The notes under the pieces are model-generated. The model made no database searches. It had not been told where the DNA came from and saw only the letters and a list, made by a program, of their open reading frames with translations. A program made the translations under genes and the position numbers. Positions 22,473 through 34,449 of a stretch of 64,000 nucleotides of DNA are shown piece by piece; positions within the stretch are counted from its first letter, which is position 1, and each line of letters starts with the position of its first letter. Origin of the DNA: Histomonas meleagridis 2922-C6/04-290x (lineage: Eukaryota > Protista > Parabasalia); the NCBI GenBank assembly GCA_020184695.1, contig JAANOX010000069.1:186001-250000 (forward strand), written 5' to 3'.

Positions 22473-24312
22473 ATGATAAAAGAAATCAAAAAAATTGACA
22501 TTCAATCTGTAAATATGGAAATTCCCCTAAAACTCGAACGTATTATATTTTGTTTAACTCAAGAAAATATTGATTCAAGTGTTAATCAAACAGTTAAATT
22601 ATTTGATACAAATTTTCCATATTCATTTAATATTATCATTATTAATCTGGTTTATTATGCATTTTATTCCCAAAAGAACTCATGTGATGTTACATTAAAT
22701 TATTTAGAATTAATTCAAGCAAAAGAAGTTAATATAAATAAAAAGATTCCAAAAATCATTGATGTTTTTATAAAGCATATCTCTGGTATAAGAGAACAAG
22801 AAGCTTATTATCTTCTGGAGAATATAATCAAAAGAAATTGGGCAAATATAAATATCGTAAAAAATATTAAAACAAAATATTTTGCACATTACAAAACAGA
22901 CAAAGAAAATAAAATAAATGCGAATTTAATAGCAGAAACAAATTTTATAGAAAACTATGAAGAACTTTCAAAGAATGATTTTGAACTTCATAAGCAATTA
23001 ATTGAAGAAGGACATAATCCAAGTGAAATTGCAAAAATAATTCGAAATGATGAAATCGAAAAACTTCAAGAAATATCATCACAAACAAATTTTGATTTTA
23101 ATCAAAAAATTGAACCATCACTTTATGAAAGATGTTCATTTGTTAATAAAGAAAATGTTTCATTAATTGATTTTGCAGCATTTTTTTCATCTGTTAAATG
23201 TTTTAAATATTTACTTATGAATGGTGCAAATGTAGAAAACACAGGTAAATATGCAGTTGCATGTGGAAATGAAGAAATTCTTCATCTATGTGAACAAAAT
23301 CATTCATCATTTGAAGATGCATATGAAACAGCAATTAAATTTCATCAAAATAATATCTTAAAATATCTTTATGAAAATAAATTAATTATCGATAAATTGA
23401 TAAACTTTTGTATTTACTATGGGAATTATGAAACTCTATCATATTTGGAAAAAGATTTCGCCAAAAATGACAAAATCGATATTGGTAAAGCAGCAAAAAC
23501 CGGAAACTTATATCTTGTTGCGTATTTTCTTCAACATAATCAAATTCCTAAAGATATTTTAATATTTTCTTCAAGTTCGGATAATATTGAACTTTTAAAA
23601 ATTATTCTTGAGTATGAAGGAATAGATATTAATGAACAAAATATTTTTCTATTTTATTAAAAATTTATTAATGATCTTATTGGATAACAAAATCAGATTT
23701 GGAAATTATTTAAATTATTTAATACAGCACTGATGAAAGCATCTGAAAAGGGTCATACAGAAATAGTTAAAATACTTCTTGAACAAGAAGGAATTGATAT
23801 TAATGTTAAAGATGTTTATTTGTTTTATTAAATATTTATTTTAATAGTTTTTTATTTCAAAATAATATTTGGAAATTATTTAAAAATATTTTGGACAGCA
23901 CTTATGTTTTCAACCTCAAATGGTCACACAGAAATAGTTAAATTACTTCTTCAACAAAAAGGAATAGAAATTAATGCTAAAGATATTTATATACTTTGTT
24001 TAGTGCCTATATCAATTATAATGGGTTTAAAAATAATTTTTGGGAATTATTTGAATTACTTTGGACAGCACTTATTTACGCATCTTATAAAGGCCATACA
24101 GATATAGTTAAGTTACTACTTTCACAAGAAGGAATAGATATTAATGTTAAAGAAATTCCTTTATTTAATATAATATTCATTTCATTAATTGTTGAATATA
24201 TCAAAATAATCATTGGAAATTACACAAATGATTTGAAACTGCACTTGTGATAGCATCTAATTATGGTGACACAGAAATAGTTAATTTACTTCTAAACCAT
24301 AAAAAAAGATGA
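22473..24312 (+). CDS. DUF3447/ankyrin-repeat protein B, interrupted by 16 inserts (14x17 nt, 2x18 nt; about 521 aa if removed)
   Basis: Loops after removal: QNKWGNTAL, KDNFGWTAL, KDSWGWTAL, KENLNGETAL. Stop TGA at 24310-24312; 1840-274 = 1566 nt = 522 codons. Confidence 0.75.
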
Positions 24313-24663
24313 TGGCAATATTTATTTTTTACTCAATGAATAAACTTTAAGTGGAATATATAATGAACAGACTTCATGAAGAAAAATTAAAACAAACATA
24401 TTGAAACCGTTTATTACTGTTGTTTTGTGGCATTTTTTCATCGTTTTCAACTTTTGTCAAATTTAAATGACTATTCGGTTGAATGTCAGATTGAACTTTT
24501 TCAAAAGGCTTATGTCGCAATTTTAATCAAAAATAGAATGAAATATTTTTTGATAGAAACCACTTCACTTTACATGATTGTATAAGAAAATTTCGTTAAA
24601 ATCAGTGATTTTTGGTGGTTTGTCACATAGAAATTGGAAAATCAATACTATCCAGGATTATAT

Positions 24664-26274
24664 GAAATGGATGAATTGGGTAATAATTCTCCTGAAAATC
24701 CTTATCAAGAATTAGACGAACCTGGGAACATCCCATCAACAAATGTCTATCATATTACTATCGAAGATATTAAGCAACTGACAATTTCATACGTGCAAAA
24801 TAATGACCAAACAGAAATGTCAATTTCAAATCTTCTAGAAATAGTATATGAACACATTAAAAAAACAAATTTCCGTAAGCTCCCAGTTCAAGTTCATTAT
24901 GCATTATATTTAAATGCACAGGAAAATGATAAAGAAAAGCTTATTGCAGATTTAATTGTTACCTCTTTAAAAGATCCTTTAAGAGAAATTGGAATTTCAT
25001 CTATTTCAGCTATACCAAATCCTTGCAACACGAATTCAAAAGAAGGAAATGAATTAAATCACATAAGAACACCACAAAACTATATAAATATAAACAACAA
25101 TAATAATTTTGATCAAGATAGTAAAGAAATGAGTGGTAATTGGATATCAACGTCTGTTGTTAGATTCGGTACTGAAATTGAAGAATCTCATCTCGATAAA
25201 GTTGTTGAAAACATTGTAAAAGCTAAAGAAAATGGAGACCCATGGGGAAAAGTCCAACAATTAGGAGAATCGATATTAATATACCGAAATAGAGCAATTT
25301 TATTTACCGAAAAAGTTTTAAGGAAATATAATACGAATATAGAAGCAACTACACCTTTAGCAACAACCTTAGGAACAATGCAAATACGAGCATGGAATGA
25401 AGGGATCTTAGGTACATATATATTCTCTCAAGATAAAACTTACAATTCGAACGTGAACATGAATATTTCCAAGGATCCGAGATGCTTCCGATATAAGTCT
25501 AGATGTTCCGCTAAACTTAAGACATATTTATTTAATAACTGGGAAATTGGAATGTATATTATTTCTCTTATTTCTATTATCGCTGTTGAAATTTCTGGGA
25601 TTTATGTTGAAAAAGACATTCTTGAAATACTTAGGTACTCCATTTATATGCCTGTATTTATTGTAACATTTGTAATGATGATAATTGCCATTCCATTAGG
25701 AGGATGTACAATACCAACACAACTCGAATTTGATGTTGAATTTGGGCTCAGAGATCACATTATTAAGACACACAAAAAAATGATTCAGTATATTCCTAAT
25801 AAGATGATAAAGGATTGTAATGGAAATGAAACAAAAATCATTGGAAAATTTTTAAACAAATATTCAGTTAAAGAAGGTCATAAAGCGCTGTCAATAGTAC
25901 TTAGAGAGTATATGTCTGATCCAACATTTGTTCAAGGAATGACATTTATGGAATTCCAGGAAATGTTTGCTTTGTATCGTGTGACACATAAATTTAATGG
26001 GTTTAACTTTGAAGATTTAAGTAAGTTGATGGAAGATGCTTACGTGAATTTGCTTTTTAATGGGAACCTTCATTTGCATAATTTCTTGATATCATTTTTC
26101 ATATCATCTGCAAGTAACACTTATGTTTCTTGGGGAATGCCACTTCTTAATGATGAGCAAACAAATATTAAACAACAAATAATGACAATTATTAATGGTC
26201 CAAGAATCCGCTTTCAAAATATTAGCTCCGAAATGGAAGAGAAGTTACAAAACATTCGTTCTCTATTTTCATAA
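24664..26274 (+). CDS. Hypothetical membrane protein (two predicted TM helices)
   Basis: Long ORF (track starts at TTG 24634; first ATG 24664) with hydrophobic MYIISLISIIAVEISGIYV and YSIYMPVFIVTFVMMIIAIPLGG. Confidence 0.65.
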   Translation, partial: EMDELGNNSPENPYQELDEPGNIPSTNVYHITIEDIKQLTISYVQNNDQTEMSISNLLEIVYEHIKKTNFRKLPVQVHYALYLNAQENDKEKLIADLIVTSLKDPLREIGISSISAIPNPCNTNSKEGNELNHIRTPQNYININNNNNFDQDSKEMSGNWISTSVVRFGTEIEESHLDKVVENIVKAKENGDPWGKVQQLGESILIYRNRAILFTEKVLRKYNTNIEATTPLATTLGTMQIRAWNEGILGTYIFSQDKTYNSNVNMNISKDPRCFRYKSRCSAKLKTYLFNNWEIGMYIISLISIIAVEISGIYVEKDILEILRYSIYMPVFIVTFVMMIIAIPLGGCTIPTQLEFDVEFGLRDHIIKTHKKMIQYIPNKMIKDCNGNETKIIGKFLNKYSVKEGHKALSIVLREYMSDPTFVQGMTFMEFQEMFALYRVTHKFNGFNFEDLSKLMEDAYVNLLFNGNLHLHNFLISFFISSASNTYVSWGMPLLNDEQTNIKQQIMTIINGPRIRFQNISSEMEEKLQNIRSLFS

Positions 26275-26642
26275 AAATGAATTATTTATATTTGTTTCTG
26301 TTGATGGTAACAAGTGCATGCAAATTATTGCTGTTGTAATACATATGCAGAATGATGAAATATCAAAAAATGAATAATAACAAATCGTTAGTGTTTCAAT
26401 TAAACTTTTTTATTCAATATAAACTACAATTATACTTTTTTTCTCTGCAAGGACTTCTATTTTATATCTTAACGCATCCTTAAATATTAAACCAGTTTCA
26501 AAAATTCCCCAAAATCGTTCGTAGCTCACAACTCAAATTATAACTTTATAATGTTTAATCTCTCTCATAATTCGCAAACGATACATTTTTCTGTTTAAAA
26601 CGATCAAAACACTTCAATTTTCAATCGATATTTTTAGTGAAT

Positions 26643-29600
26643 TTATGGGTTGCAAAAGTATTGTTGAAAAGACTTCAATTGCATTGGCTGTTTCAGAGCT
26701 CTTTGTACAGTGTAAAAGTCGGGCGGCAATATTCTCATTTCATGTCCGGAACTATTATCGATGAGCACAAACAATTTCCTGAATGTTGCCAAGAAGTTAT
26801 ACGCCTGATTTTCGATGTTTGGCACGTTTCTAATTAACTCCGCCAACATTTTAATGAAGATATTTGATATTTGTTCATCAGAGTTTATTGTGTTACCCAA
26901 TAAGAACACTCCAGTCAACGGCAAATCAGCAATTAAGTTAATATTATCGATGATATTTGACAACAGAATTGCCATATTTAACTTAAATTTCGTATTATGT
27001 ATTACGTTAACAACAGCAAATTGAGTTAAGAAATGTGAAATTAATATTTTCACGTTATTATTTTTGGATGTAATATTTTGTATGAAATTAATTAATGTTT
27101 TAATGTTTGGACATCCTTGATTCCAACCGGTGATATTAATTGTTAAATTTGATGATTTATAACCTGATAAATCTAAAAATGAGTTAACTATAATTGCAAC
27201 TAATTCGATGATTTGTTTACAATCGCCATTCATAAATTGAGAAATAGTCCATAAATATTCAAATGATGACTTATATATATCAGAATTAATATCTTCAGTA
27301 ACAATTAAAAACTCTAAAACTACTGATAATATAATTTCAACGCCTCCATTCGAATTAATTAATTCCATAAATTTAATAATAAATTCATCAAATTTAGAAG
27401 TGTCTTTCATACGTTCCATTAATATCGGTAAATGTTTCGATATTGATAATATTAATCGAACATCACCATTCTCATATAAAAATGAAAGTAAAAACATTAC
27501 AAACTTAGAAAGTAATTCCGGAGTTGATATTTCTGGTAATATATTAACAACCATAGGTAAAAACTTTAAGACAATATTAACATTATCATCAATTGCATAT
27601 TCCACTAATAAGTTTGTTAATATTTGTATTGATTCTTTATTTAAACATGGACTAATTGCATAAGTAAAATCTAAATTTAATGTTTGTGATGATCGATGTA
27701 AAGGAACTAAAATCTTTGCAAATGAATTCGCTGATATTTGATCATATTTTTGTATAATACTATAAGCTATTTGACATTGTGTTGATGATAATTGTTTATA
27801 ACAATTCTTAAATTCTAATAATTCATTATTAGGATCCATTGAATGTAATAAAGATATTAATAATATTGGAAATTCATCATAACGAAATGAATCATTTGAA
27901 TATATATGTAATGCAAATAATAATAATTGTGGTAATTTGTTATTAAAACATCGTGATAAGATTGTAGGATCTTCATTTAATGCTAATATCATTGATAATG
28001 ATATAACTGGTAATTTAATCTTTGATAATATTTGTTGCATCTTCTTATCAAATGATACTCGATCTGTTTCATCTAAAAATGGTAATTTCGATTCAATGAA
28101 TTTTAATGTTATTTCGGGATTAATCTTAAATGCACGTGGTACTATATGAGCACAAACATATAATGAATTATCACCTAAATTAAATAACTTATCTAATAAA
28201 TTAGGAATTTCTTCTTGATAATTATTAAATAAACTATCCCATAAAGGTAATATCTTATTTAACAATGTGAAATCATTACTATTAGAATTAGTTGTAGTTA
28301 AATTAAGTAATGATTCAAAGTCTTCTAATTTAATTTCATTCTTTAAATATTCAATTGAACGTAAGAAAAATGGTGGAATTGATCTTCGTTTAGGTATATA
28401 AATAATAACTTGTGATAATATTTCAATGATTTCTTTGACTTCATCATCTGTTAAATATTGATTAATGATTTGAAAGATTTTCGATTCTGTTTCTGGATCA
28501 TATTTTATTAATGGATTAATAAACTTAAATTGTTTATTACTTAATAAATATAATGTTAAATTAGCTAAATCAATACCTATACCATGTCCTTTATTTTTAG
28601 GTGATGATAATAATGCTAATGCTAATATTAAGATACTAACTAATTCATTACGATTCGAGTTTTCATTCGATTCTAAATTATATAATATTGATAACCCAAT
28701 CTCTGATAATTGTGCATTAGGACTTGATAATGCTGCAATAATAATATTCTTACGATATTCAGAATTAACTAAATATAAACATCGAATTGTATCAGTAATT
28801 ACATATTGAATTTGTGGGTTATCATTAGCTTTAAATGATATCTTTAATAAATATGTAACTACTTTCTCAATCATTTCAGGATCTAATTTAATATGTGATA
28901 TAATCGCACAAATAAAATCTATAAAAACAAATAAATGATTTGTATTAACTACAAATATTTCTTTTGGATTAACTCGATTCATTAAATTAGTTAATAATTT
29001 TGTAGAATTTGATACTTTCGTTACAAATTGATCAATTCGTTCTGGATTTGATCTTAAAAATGAATCACAAATATTTAATGTGATGATTTCTAATGGATAA
29101 TCTTTCTCAAATCGTGCATGCTTTTGTTCATAAAACTTTAATAACGCAGTGAAATATCCATCTAATCCTTCTTTAACATGTGATAAATTAGCATTAGTCA
29201 TAAATGCTGTTTGAATATAACGGAAACCTAAAATTGGTTCTCCATTCATTTTATTATATAATTTATCTAATTCATCAAAAAATGTCTTCCAAACAGATGT
29301 ATGTAAAGGATAAAGTATATCTAAGACATCATTTTGTGGACATTTTAATAAATATTCAATCATTGATTTACAATAATTTGGTAAACATGTTATAGGTGTA
29401 TTATTACGTTGTGCTCTAGCAATACAATTTAAACCTTTTAATAATGTCTTAGAAAATATTGGATCATTATTTAAGTCCATTTTCATCCAAAAATCAGTTG
29501 CTTGAATAAAGACATCGATAAATATTAATGGCGTATCGATTATACCTTTTAATAACTTCTGATATATTATATTATTTGATAAATTTGTATCACTAATTAC

Positions 29601-31493
29601 TCCACATAATGAAGGAAATGTTAAAAATGGTGCAATGATCATTATGATTTTTCTAATGTTAGCTTTTAATGTATAATTGGTAGTAAATAAAAATGGAAAT
29701 AATGTTGAATCCATAGTCTTAACTAACCCTCTCCAATCTTCCATATATATTGATTGATCTAATTGTTGCATCATTTGGACTAATGATATTAAGAAATCAG
29801 CTAATAAATCAGTCAAATTTAACATAACTGTAATTGGCGTTTGATTATGCATTCGTACCATTAAATTATATGGAATAGAAAACGCAAAATTGATAGGGAA
29901 ATCTTGTTTGGACATTGTTTGCATCATCTTAACAAATGATACACATGTAGAACTAACTACTTCTTGATCTCCATGCCCTGCAAGTTGTTGAATAATAGAA
30001 GGAATAGTTAAATGAGTTCTTGGCGCTATTTTCCAGAACAATTCTAATAATGGTAATGCCCCAATGATTACTGGTATAGGTGAAGAACTACTTAATATTG
30101 ATTGTAAATGTGGTTCTAATACTGGAATTAATGATGTTATAGTATTATTAGATAAATCTCTAATCTTTGAAATAGTTTCTAACATAAAGACTATAGTTTC
30201 AGGATATTCTCTTAATTGTGATATTGAATTTGCAATGTTCTTTAATAAATCAGATACTGATTCCATATTATTTTTTGCTATGTTCGAATAAAAATTACTT
30301 AGTAATGAAATATGATCTTTATAATTGGAACGAATAATTGGTACTTTACTTTTCTCAAATAATGTTTCAAATGAAAAACGAATATATTCTTCTTGTGTAA
30401 AATGATTTGGTACAAATAATTCGCCAATGATTCGTAAGTATTTGATCATGCTTTTTGCATCTTGGCCTTGTTGATGTTTACTTAATATTCCCGAGATTTT
30501 ACTCCATTGTGATTGAAATTGTTTCTCAGGTAATATCGATACAATACGTATCGCTGCTTTCATTGGTCCTTTCTTAAAGTTCTTTGAGTTAAGTTTCTTA
30601 TTTAAGTCGGAACATAATTTGGTTAAGTTCTCTAATGTCTTTTTATCATATGGATAATCTTTACGGATCTGCATATGACACATCGTACGCGCGGTAAAGA
30701 ATAAAAGCGCTTCTTGTAATGAGAAACTTTTTTGTTTGAGGATATCTTTGGAAATTCGTTCACTAAGTGAGGCCATTATAGCTTCTTGATTGGTGTTAAA
30801 TGAATAGCGGATGTATTTGACAGTGTCAAAGATGATAATTAGCTTATGTTTGACATCTTTGTGCATTTTGGATGATAACATGGAATCAATTTTGGCGTTA
30901 AAGGCATCAAGTATTTCCTTGTGTTTGGTTAAAAGACATAAAATTTTCCCTTCATATCGTTGGATGTCAGGTGGTGTATAATTAGATATGATGGATATCA
31001 AATTTTGTACAATTTGTGTGTCAACTTTGCCTATTGAAGCATCTTCAAATTTGGATATCATGTTGTAAAGAAACTCTAAGGAAGATTCAAGATGTGAAAA
31101 GAAATCCTCTGGAATATAAAAATCTAACTGTATTTTCCTGGACGGATTTTTGGGTGGTGCCTTAGGATGTGAGCATAATATCTTGAAGAGATGATAGAGG
31201 TTATTAAAGCACTTGACAAAAACATCAAAACATGAATTTTTATCAATAAGTTCCATCATTAATCCTTTGATTGTGTTAAGAAAGAGCCTGCATTCTTCTA
31301 GGCTAAGTTCAGCATATTTTGGGAGTGTATTTAAAACGTCGTTCTTAAATGGGTACTCTTCTGATGATTTTAATAAATTCGTAATGGTATCATCAAATTT
31401 TGGGTCGCTTACAATATTTTCTTTACCAAACAAAAATAACTCCGCTGTAATCCATTGCTGGCAGAGACTATTCAACGATTCTTCCTTTGACAT
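26643..31493 (-). CDS. Large L/I-rich, probably alpha-solenoid (HEAT-like) hypothetical protein
   Basis: About 1616-aa uninterrupted ORF from ATG 31493 with amphipathic-helix composition; family not recognised. Confidence 0.75.
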   Translation of the reverse strand: MSKEESLNSLCQQWITAELFLFGKENIVSDPKFDDTITNLLKSSEEYPFKNDVLNTLPKYAELSLEECRLFLNTIKGLMMELIDKNSCFDVFVKCFNNLYHLFKILCSHPKAPPKNPSRKIQLDFYIPEDFFSHLESSLEFLYNMISKFEDASIGKVDTQIVQNLISIISNYTPPDIQRYEGKILCLLTKHKEILDAFNAKIDSMLSSKMHKDVKHKLIIIFDTVKYIRYSFNTNQEAIMASLSERISKDILKQKSFSLQEALLFFTARTMCHMQIRKDYPYDKKTLENLTKLCSDLNKKLNSKNFKKGPMKAAIRIVSILPEKQFQSQWSKISGILSKHQQGQDAKSMIKYLRIIGELFVPNHFTQEEYIRFSFETLFEKSKVPIIRSNYKDHISLLSNFYSNIAKNNMESVSDLLKNIANSISQLREYPETIVFMLETISKIRDLSNNTITSLIPVLEPHLQSILSSSSPIPVIIGALPLLELFWKIAPRTHLTIPSIIQQLAGHGDQEVVSSTCVSFVKMMQTMSKQDFPINFAFSIPYNLMVRMHNQTPITVMLNLTDLLADFLISLVQMMQQLDQSIYMEDWRGLVKTMDSTLFPFLFTTNYTLKANIRKIIMIIAPFLTFPSLCGVISDTNLSNNIIYQKLLKGIIDTPLIFIDVFIQATDFWMKMDLNNDPIFSKTLLKGLNCIARAQRNNTPITCLPNYCKSMIEYLLKCPQNDVLDILYPLHTSVWKTFFDELDKLYNKMNGEPILGFRYIQTAFMTNANLSHVKEGLDGYFTALLKFYEQKHARFEKDYPLEIITLNICDSFLRSNPERIDQFVTKVSNSTKLLTNLMNRVNPKEIFVVNTNHLFVFIDFICAIISHIKLDPEMIEKVVTYLLKISFKANDNPQIQYVITDTIRCLYLVNSEYRKNIIIAALSSPNAQLSEIGLSILYNLESNENSNRNELVSILILALALLSSPKNKGHGIGIDLANLTLYLLSNKQFKFINPLIKYDPETESKIFQIINQYLTDDEVKEIIEILSQVIIYIPKRRSIPPFFLRSIEYLKNEIKLEDFESLLNLTTTNSNSNDFTLLNKILPLWDSLFNNYQEEIPNLLDKLFNLGDNSLYVCAHIVPRAFKINPEITLKFIESKLPFLDETDRVSFDKKMQQILSKIKLPVISLSMILALNEDPTILSRCFNNKLPQLLLFALHIYSNDSFRYDEFPILLISLLHSMDPNNELLEFKNCYKQLSSTQCQIAYSIIQKYDQISANSFAKILVPLHRSSQTLNLDFTYAISPCLNKESIQILTNLLVEYAIDDNVNIVLKFLPMVVNILPEISTPELLSKFVMFLLSFLYENGDVRLILSISKHLPILMERMKDTSKFDEFIIKFMELINSNGGVEIILSVVLEFLIVTEDINSDIYKSSFEYLWTISQFMNGDCKQIIELVAIIVNSFLDLSGYKSSNLTINITGWNQGCPNIKTLINFIQNITSKNNNVKILISHFLTQFAVVNVIHNTKFKLNMAILLSNIIDNINLIADLPLTGVFLLGNTINSDEQISNIFIKMLAELIRNVPNIENQAYNFLATFRKLFVLIDNSSGHEMRILPPDFYTVQRALKQPMQLKSFQQYFCNP

Positions 31494-32022
31494 TTGCACA
31501 AACCGTTACGGTTTTCAAGTAAAGAGGGGTTTGAACAGTTTCAAACAGAAAACCAAAAATGAAAAAACGATAAAAAGTTTCATTAAAAATTCAATGAAAA
31601 CGATCAGGAAGCCATTTTTATCCATGTGATGGAAGTTATTGAATTGTTGGTCAAACAAAAGTGGCAAATTTCTATCTTTTAAAAGATATTATTGCATAAT
31701 TATAAAGGAACTTATTTTGGGAATAAAAAAAAGATGAGTGTTTGATATAACATAAAATTTATGGAGATGTGAGCAAATTAATACAAAAAACAAAACAAAA
31801 CAAAAAAACTATTAAATTAAATTTGTAAACGAAACCATATGGTTTTTGATCTTAGTGGAAATTTTTATGAAGTTTTGAATCTTTAATTAAAGATTAGAAA
31901 AAAATCAAAAACATTTCACTGTACAATGGAATGCCCTTGGAGATATCGTATAAATTACATAGGTAATTTAGATATTTGATGATGTTTACATCTTGGTATA
32001 AACTTTCTGCAGCGATTACTGT

Positions 32023-33210
32023 ATGTTTTCATATCACATTTCGAAAATCCGGATTATGGAAACAAATAACATTGATCTTTCTACATATAAAATTCATAAA
32101 GAAGTTTTCTCATTTCCTGTCCCTAAAGAAAAGATATCTGGTGTTATGAAAATATTAAAAAATAATGATCTTCTTCCTAGATATCCAAAATTCCATGCCA
32201 TTATTACAGAAAATAATGAAAAACGAATTCTTCTCGCTGAAGGGGTAAACGAACTTCCAAAAGAAGTAACAGATATTGTTGGTGATGTTGAATTGACTCC
32301 TTATGAACTTACTCTTGATTACAATAATTTTTCATTGCAAGACTTATTAAAACAATTTTTACCAGAAGGTGTTGTCATTCCGTCATCATTTGAAACTATT
32401 GGAAAAATTGCACATTTAAATCTTCTTGATGAACAATTGCTATACAAGCACATTATTGGGCAAGCAATCTTACTTAAAAACACAGCCCTCAAAACAGTTG
32501 CAATTAAAACAGGTGCTATAAATAATGTTTATCGCAATATGAATCTTGAAGTAATAGCTGGAGAAAATTCATTCATAACAGAAGTAAAACAAACTGGGCT
32601 TACCTTTAGAATGGATTTTTCGAAAGTGTACTGGAATTCTAGACTTGAACATGAACATGATTCTCTTGTTGATCTTTTTCAAGAAGGTTCCATTGTTGCA
32701 GATGCCATGTGTGGGATTGGCCCATTTGCTATTCGTGCAGCTAAGCGAAAGAACTGTACTGTTTATGCAAATGATTTGAATCCAGATTCATATAAATGGC
32801 TTATGGAAAACTGTAAAATTAATCATGTCACTGATAAAGTTGTTTGTTCTAACATTGATGCTAGAGAGTTTATTGTTAATATCTTCAAGAATGGTGGCTC
32901 TGATTACATTGTAATGAACTTGCCTAAAATTGCTGTCACTTTTTTGGATGCTGTTGCTGAAGGAGCAAAGAAATATCGGACAACAGCAAGACTTCCAATT
33001 GTGTACTTTCATCAATTTGATGATAAGGATGTTAACCATGAAGCATCATTGAAGGAAAAGGCTATAAAAGCACTTGGAATGCAATTGCCAAAATTAAATG
33101 TACATAGAGTAAGAGACGTGTCACCAAAGAAAGATATGTTTAGATGTAGTTTTGCTGTTGCTGACCTCTTTGGTTCAGATGATCCATCAATAAGAGAGAT
33201 TCCACATTGA
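32023..33210 (+). CDS. TRM5: tRNA (guanine37-N1) methyltransferase, Trm5/Met-10+ family
   Basis: SSFETIGKIAHLNL, FRMDFSKVYWNSRLEHEH, DAMCGIGPFAI, ANDLNPDSY and VMNLP motifs. Confidence 0.92.
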   Translation: MFSYHISKIRIMETNNIDLSTYKIHKEVFSFPVPKEKISGVMKILKNNDLLPRYPKFHAIITENNEKRILLAEGVNELPKEVTDIVGDVELTPYELTLDYNNFSLQDLLKQFLPEGVVIPSSFETIGKIAHLNLLDEQLLYKHIIGQAILLKNTALKTVAIKTGAINNVYRNMNLEVIAGENSFITEVKQTGLTFRMDFSKVYWNSRLEHEHDSLVDLFQEGSIVADAMCGIGPFAIRAAKRKNCTVYANDLNPDSYKWLMENCKINHVTDKVVCSNIDAREFIVNIFKNGGSDYIVMNLPKIAVTFLDAVAEGAKKYRTTARLPIVYFHQFDDKDVNHEASLKEKAIKALGMQLPKLNVHRVRDVSPKKDMFRCSFAVADLFGSDDPSIREIPH

Positions 33211-33346
33211 TTTTCAGTCATATATAAAATGTTTTTAATAATTTGTAAATGATTCTTAAAAAAAACTAAGGAATTACAATTTACTTGTTGCTTTACATAC
33301 AAATAAAATGCATTTTTGAAGTTGGATACAAAAAATTAAAAAGTAG

Positions 33347-33418
33347 TTCTCCCGGGAGGAATCGAACCTCCGTCCCGGGATTCAAAGTCCCATGTGCTAA
33401 CCATTACACTACGGGAGA
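33347..33418 (-). tRNA. tRNA-Gln(UUG)
   Basis: TCTCCCG/CGGGAGA acceptor stem, TAGTGTAATGGTTAGC D-arm, GGGA-CT-TTG-AA-TCCC anticodon arm, GGTTCGATTCC T-arm; 72 nt. Confidence 0.95.
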
Positions 33419-33628
33419 GAACTGATTATAAGTTTGAAAATAATATATTTACTTATATAAATCAAACCATTTTCGAAGTGATAACATTTTAAATAGAAAA
33501 AATTGTTTCTGAATTTTTCCAAAATGGAATAAAATAATTTGGAATATTATGAATAAAATTGGTCAACAAAATTATACATATAAAAATTTATTTATCCATT
33601 ATAAAAACATATTTAACATGTTCAAGAA

Positions 33629-34303
33629 TTAAATACCAAATTCAACAGGTTGCTCATCCGAGTTGCATGTTGGACAAACCCACTTTTCTTGTCCAAGCGA
33701 TTGTTGACATCTCTTGTGCATATATGTATTACAACGCGAACACTTGATTCCAGAAAGGACAAAATCAAGGCATATTGAGCATGTTTGGATTTCTTCATTT
33801 GATGCCATTTGTGTAAATGTTGGTCGAAATTCAAGAAGTCCACGTGGACCAATACGAAAATTATCATGAATTTTTTCGATATAACCACGTTTGGAAAGTT
33901 CTGAAATCATGTCCTTTATGGCACCTTGAGGTAATTCTGGTGGGGCAATACTTGAAATCTGTTCTTTGGTAAGGCTGCAACTGTTGTTTTCTCTCGCTTG
34001 AGAAATAACTGCATCAATAAACCTAAAGAAAAATTGAACAACTTCAGCTTTCAATCCAAGTGATTCAGAAGCATTAGTATCTTCTAATGTTTGGCATATT
34101 CCATAGTATTCGCAATTGTCAAAATCAGATTGAATAAATCTAAGTTCAAGACCAATTTCGTGGAAAAGTTCATTGCTATCAGAGACAAAATGTTGAAGTT
34201 CAATATTAAATGGACTTACCATATCTTCTAATTGCTTTCGTGTGAAGTAAGGTTTTGTTAAAAGGCTTTGCATTAGAGTTTGTCGAACATTTACTGATGC
34301 CAT
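33629..34303 (-). CDS. NSE1: SMC5/6 complex subunit Nse1 (winged helix + RING-like)
   Basis: [11 protein letters not shown] followed by CSIC...CSRC...HKRC...CPTC. Confidence 0.85.
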   Translation of the reverse strand: MASVNVRQTLMQSLLTKPYFTRKQLEDMVSPFNIELQHFVSDSNELFHEIGLELRFIQSDFDNCEYYGICQTLEDTNASESLGLKAEVVQFFFRFIDAVISQARENNSCSLTKEQISSIAPPELPQGAIKDMISELSKRGYIEKIHDNFRIGPRGLLEFRPTFTQMASNEEIQTCSICLDFVLSGIKCSRCNTYMHKRCQQSLGQEKWVCPTCNSDEQPVEFGI

Positions 34304-34407
34304 TTGTTAATTTCTACCTCCAAAATCCGAACAAACCATGTAAAATCGGCCGGACATGTGATATAAAATCAGAGACGTTTATAAATTCAACTGTTCATAA
34401 AAAGTGG

Positions 34408-34415
34408 AAACGGTT
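34408..34415 (+). promoter_or_regulatory. AACGGTY Myb-like core-promoter element (trichomonad M3-like)
   Basis: AAACGGTT about 35 nt before the gamma-tubulin ATG. Similar motifs precede starts at 21462-21469, 62957-62964, 6529-6536 (-) and 31501-31508 (-). Confidence 0.5.
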
Positions 34416-34449
34416 TGGTAAGTCAGAACGTTTATTATTTCCAAAAAAA

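Noticed and set aside
27000-30400. AT-richer middle of the 1.6-kaa ORF as a possible foreign insertion
   Set aside because: The frame is uninterrupted and the 7749-11480 gene shows a similar by-eye trend; no boundaries or repeats were seen, and I could not quantify it.
32023-33418. Functional link between Trm5 and the adjacent tRNA-Gln
   Set aside because: This tRNA has A at position 37 (TTG-A), so it is not an m1G37 substrate; probably coincidental.
34255-34449. N-terminal extension of gamma-tubulin from TTG 34255
   Set aside because: It overlaps the Nse1 start. The conserved [15 protein letters not shown] begins at ATG 34450, with an M3-like motif upstream.
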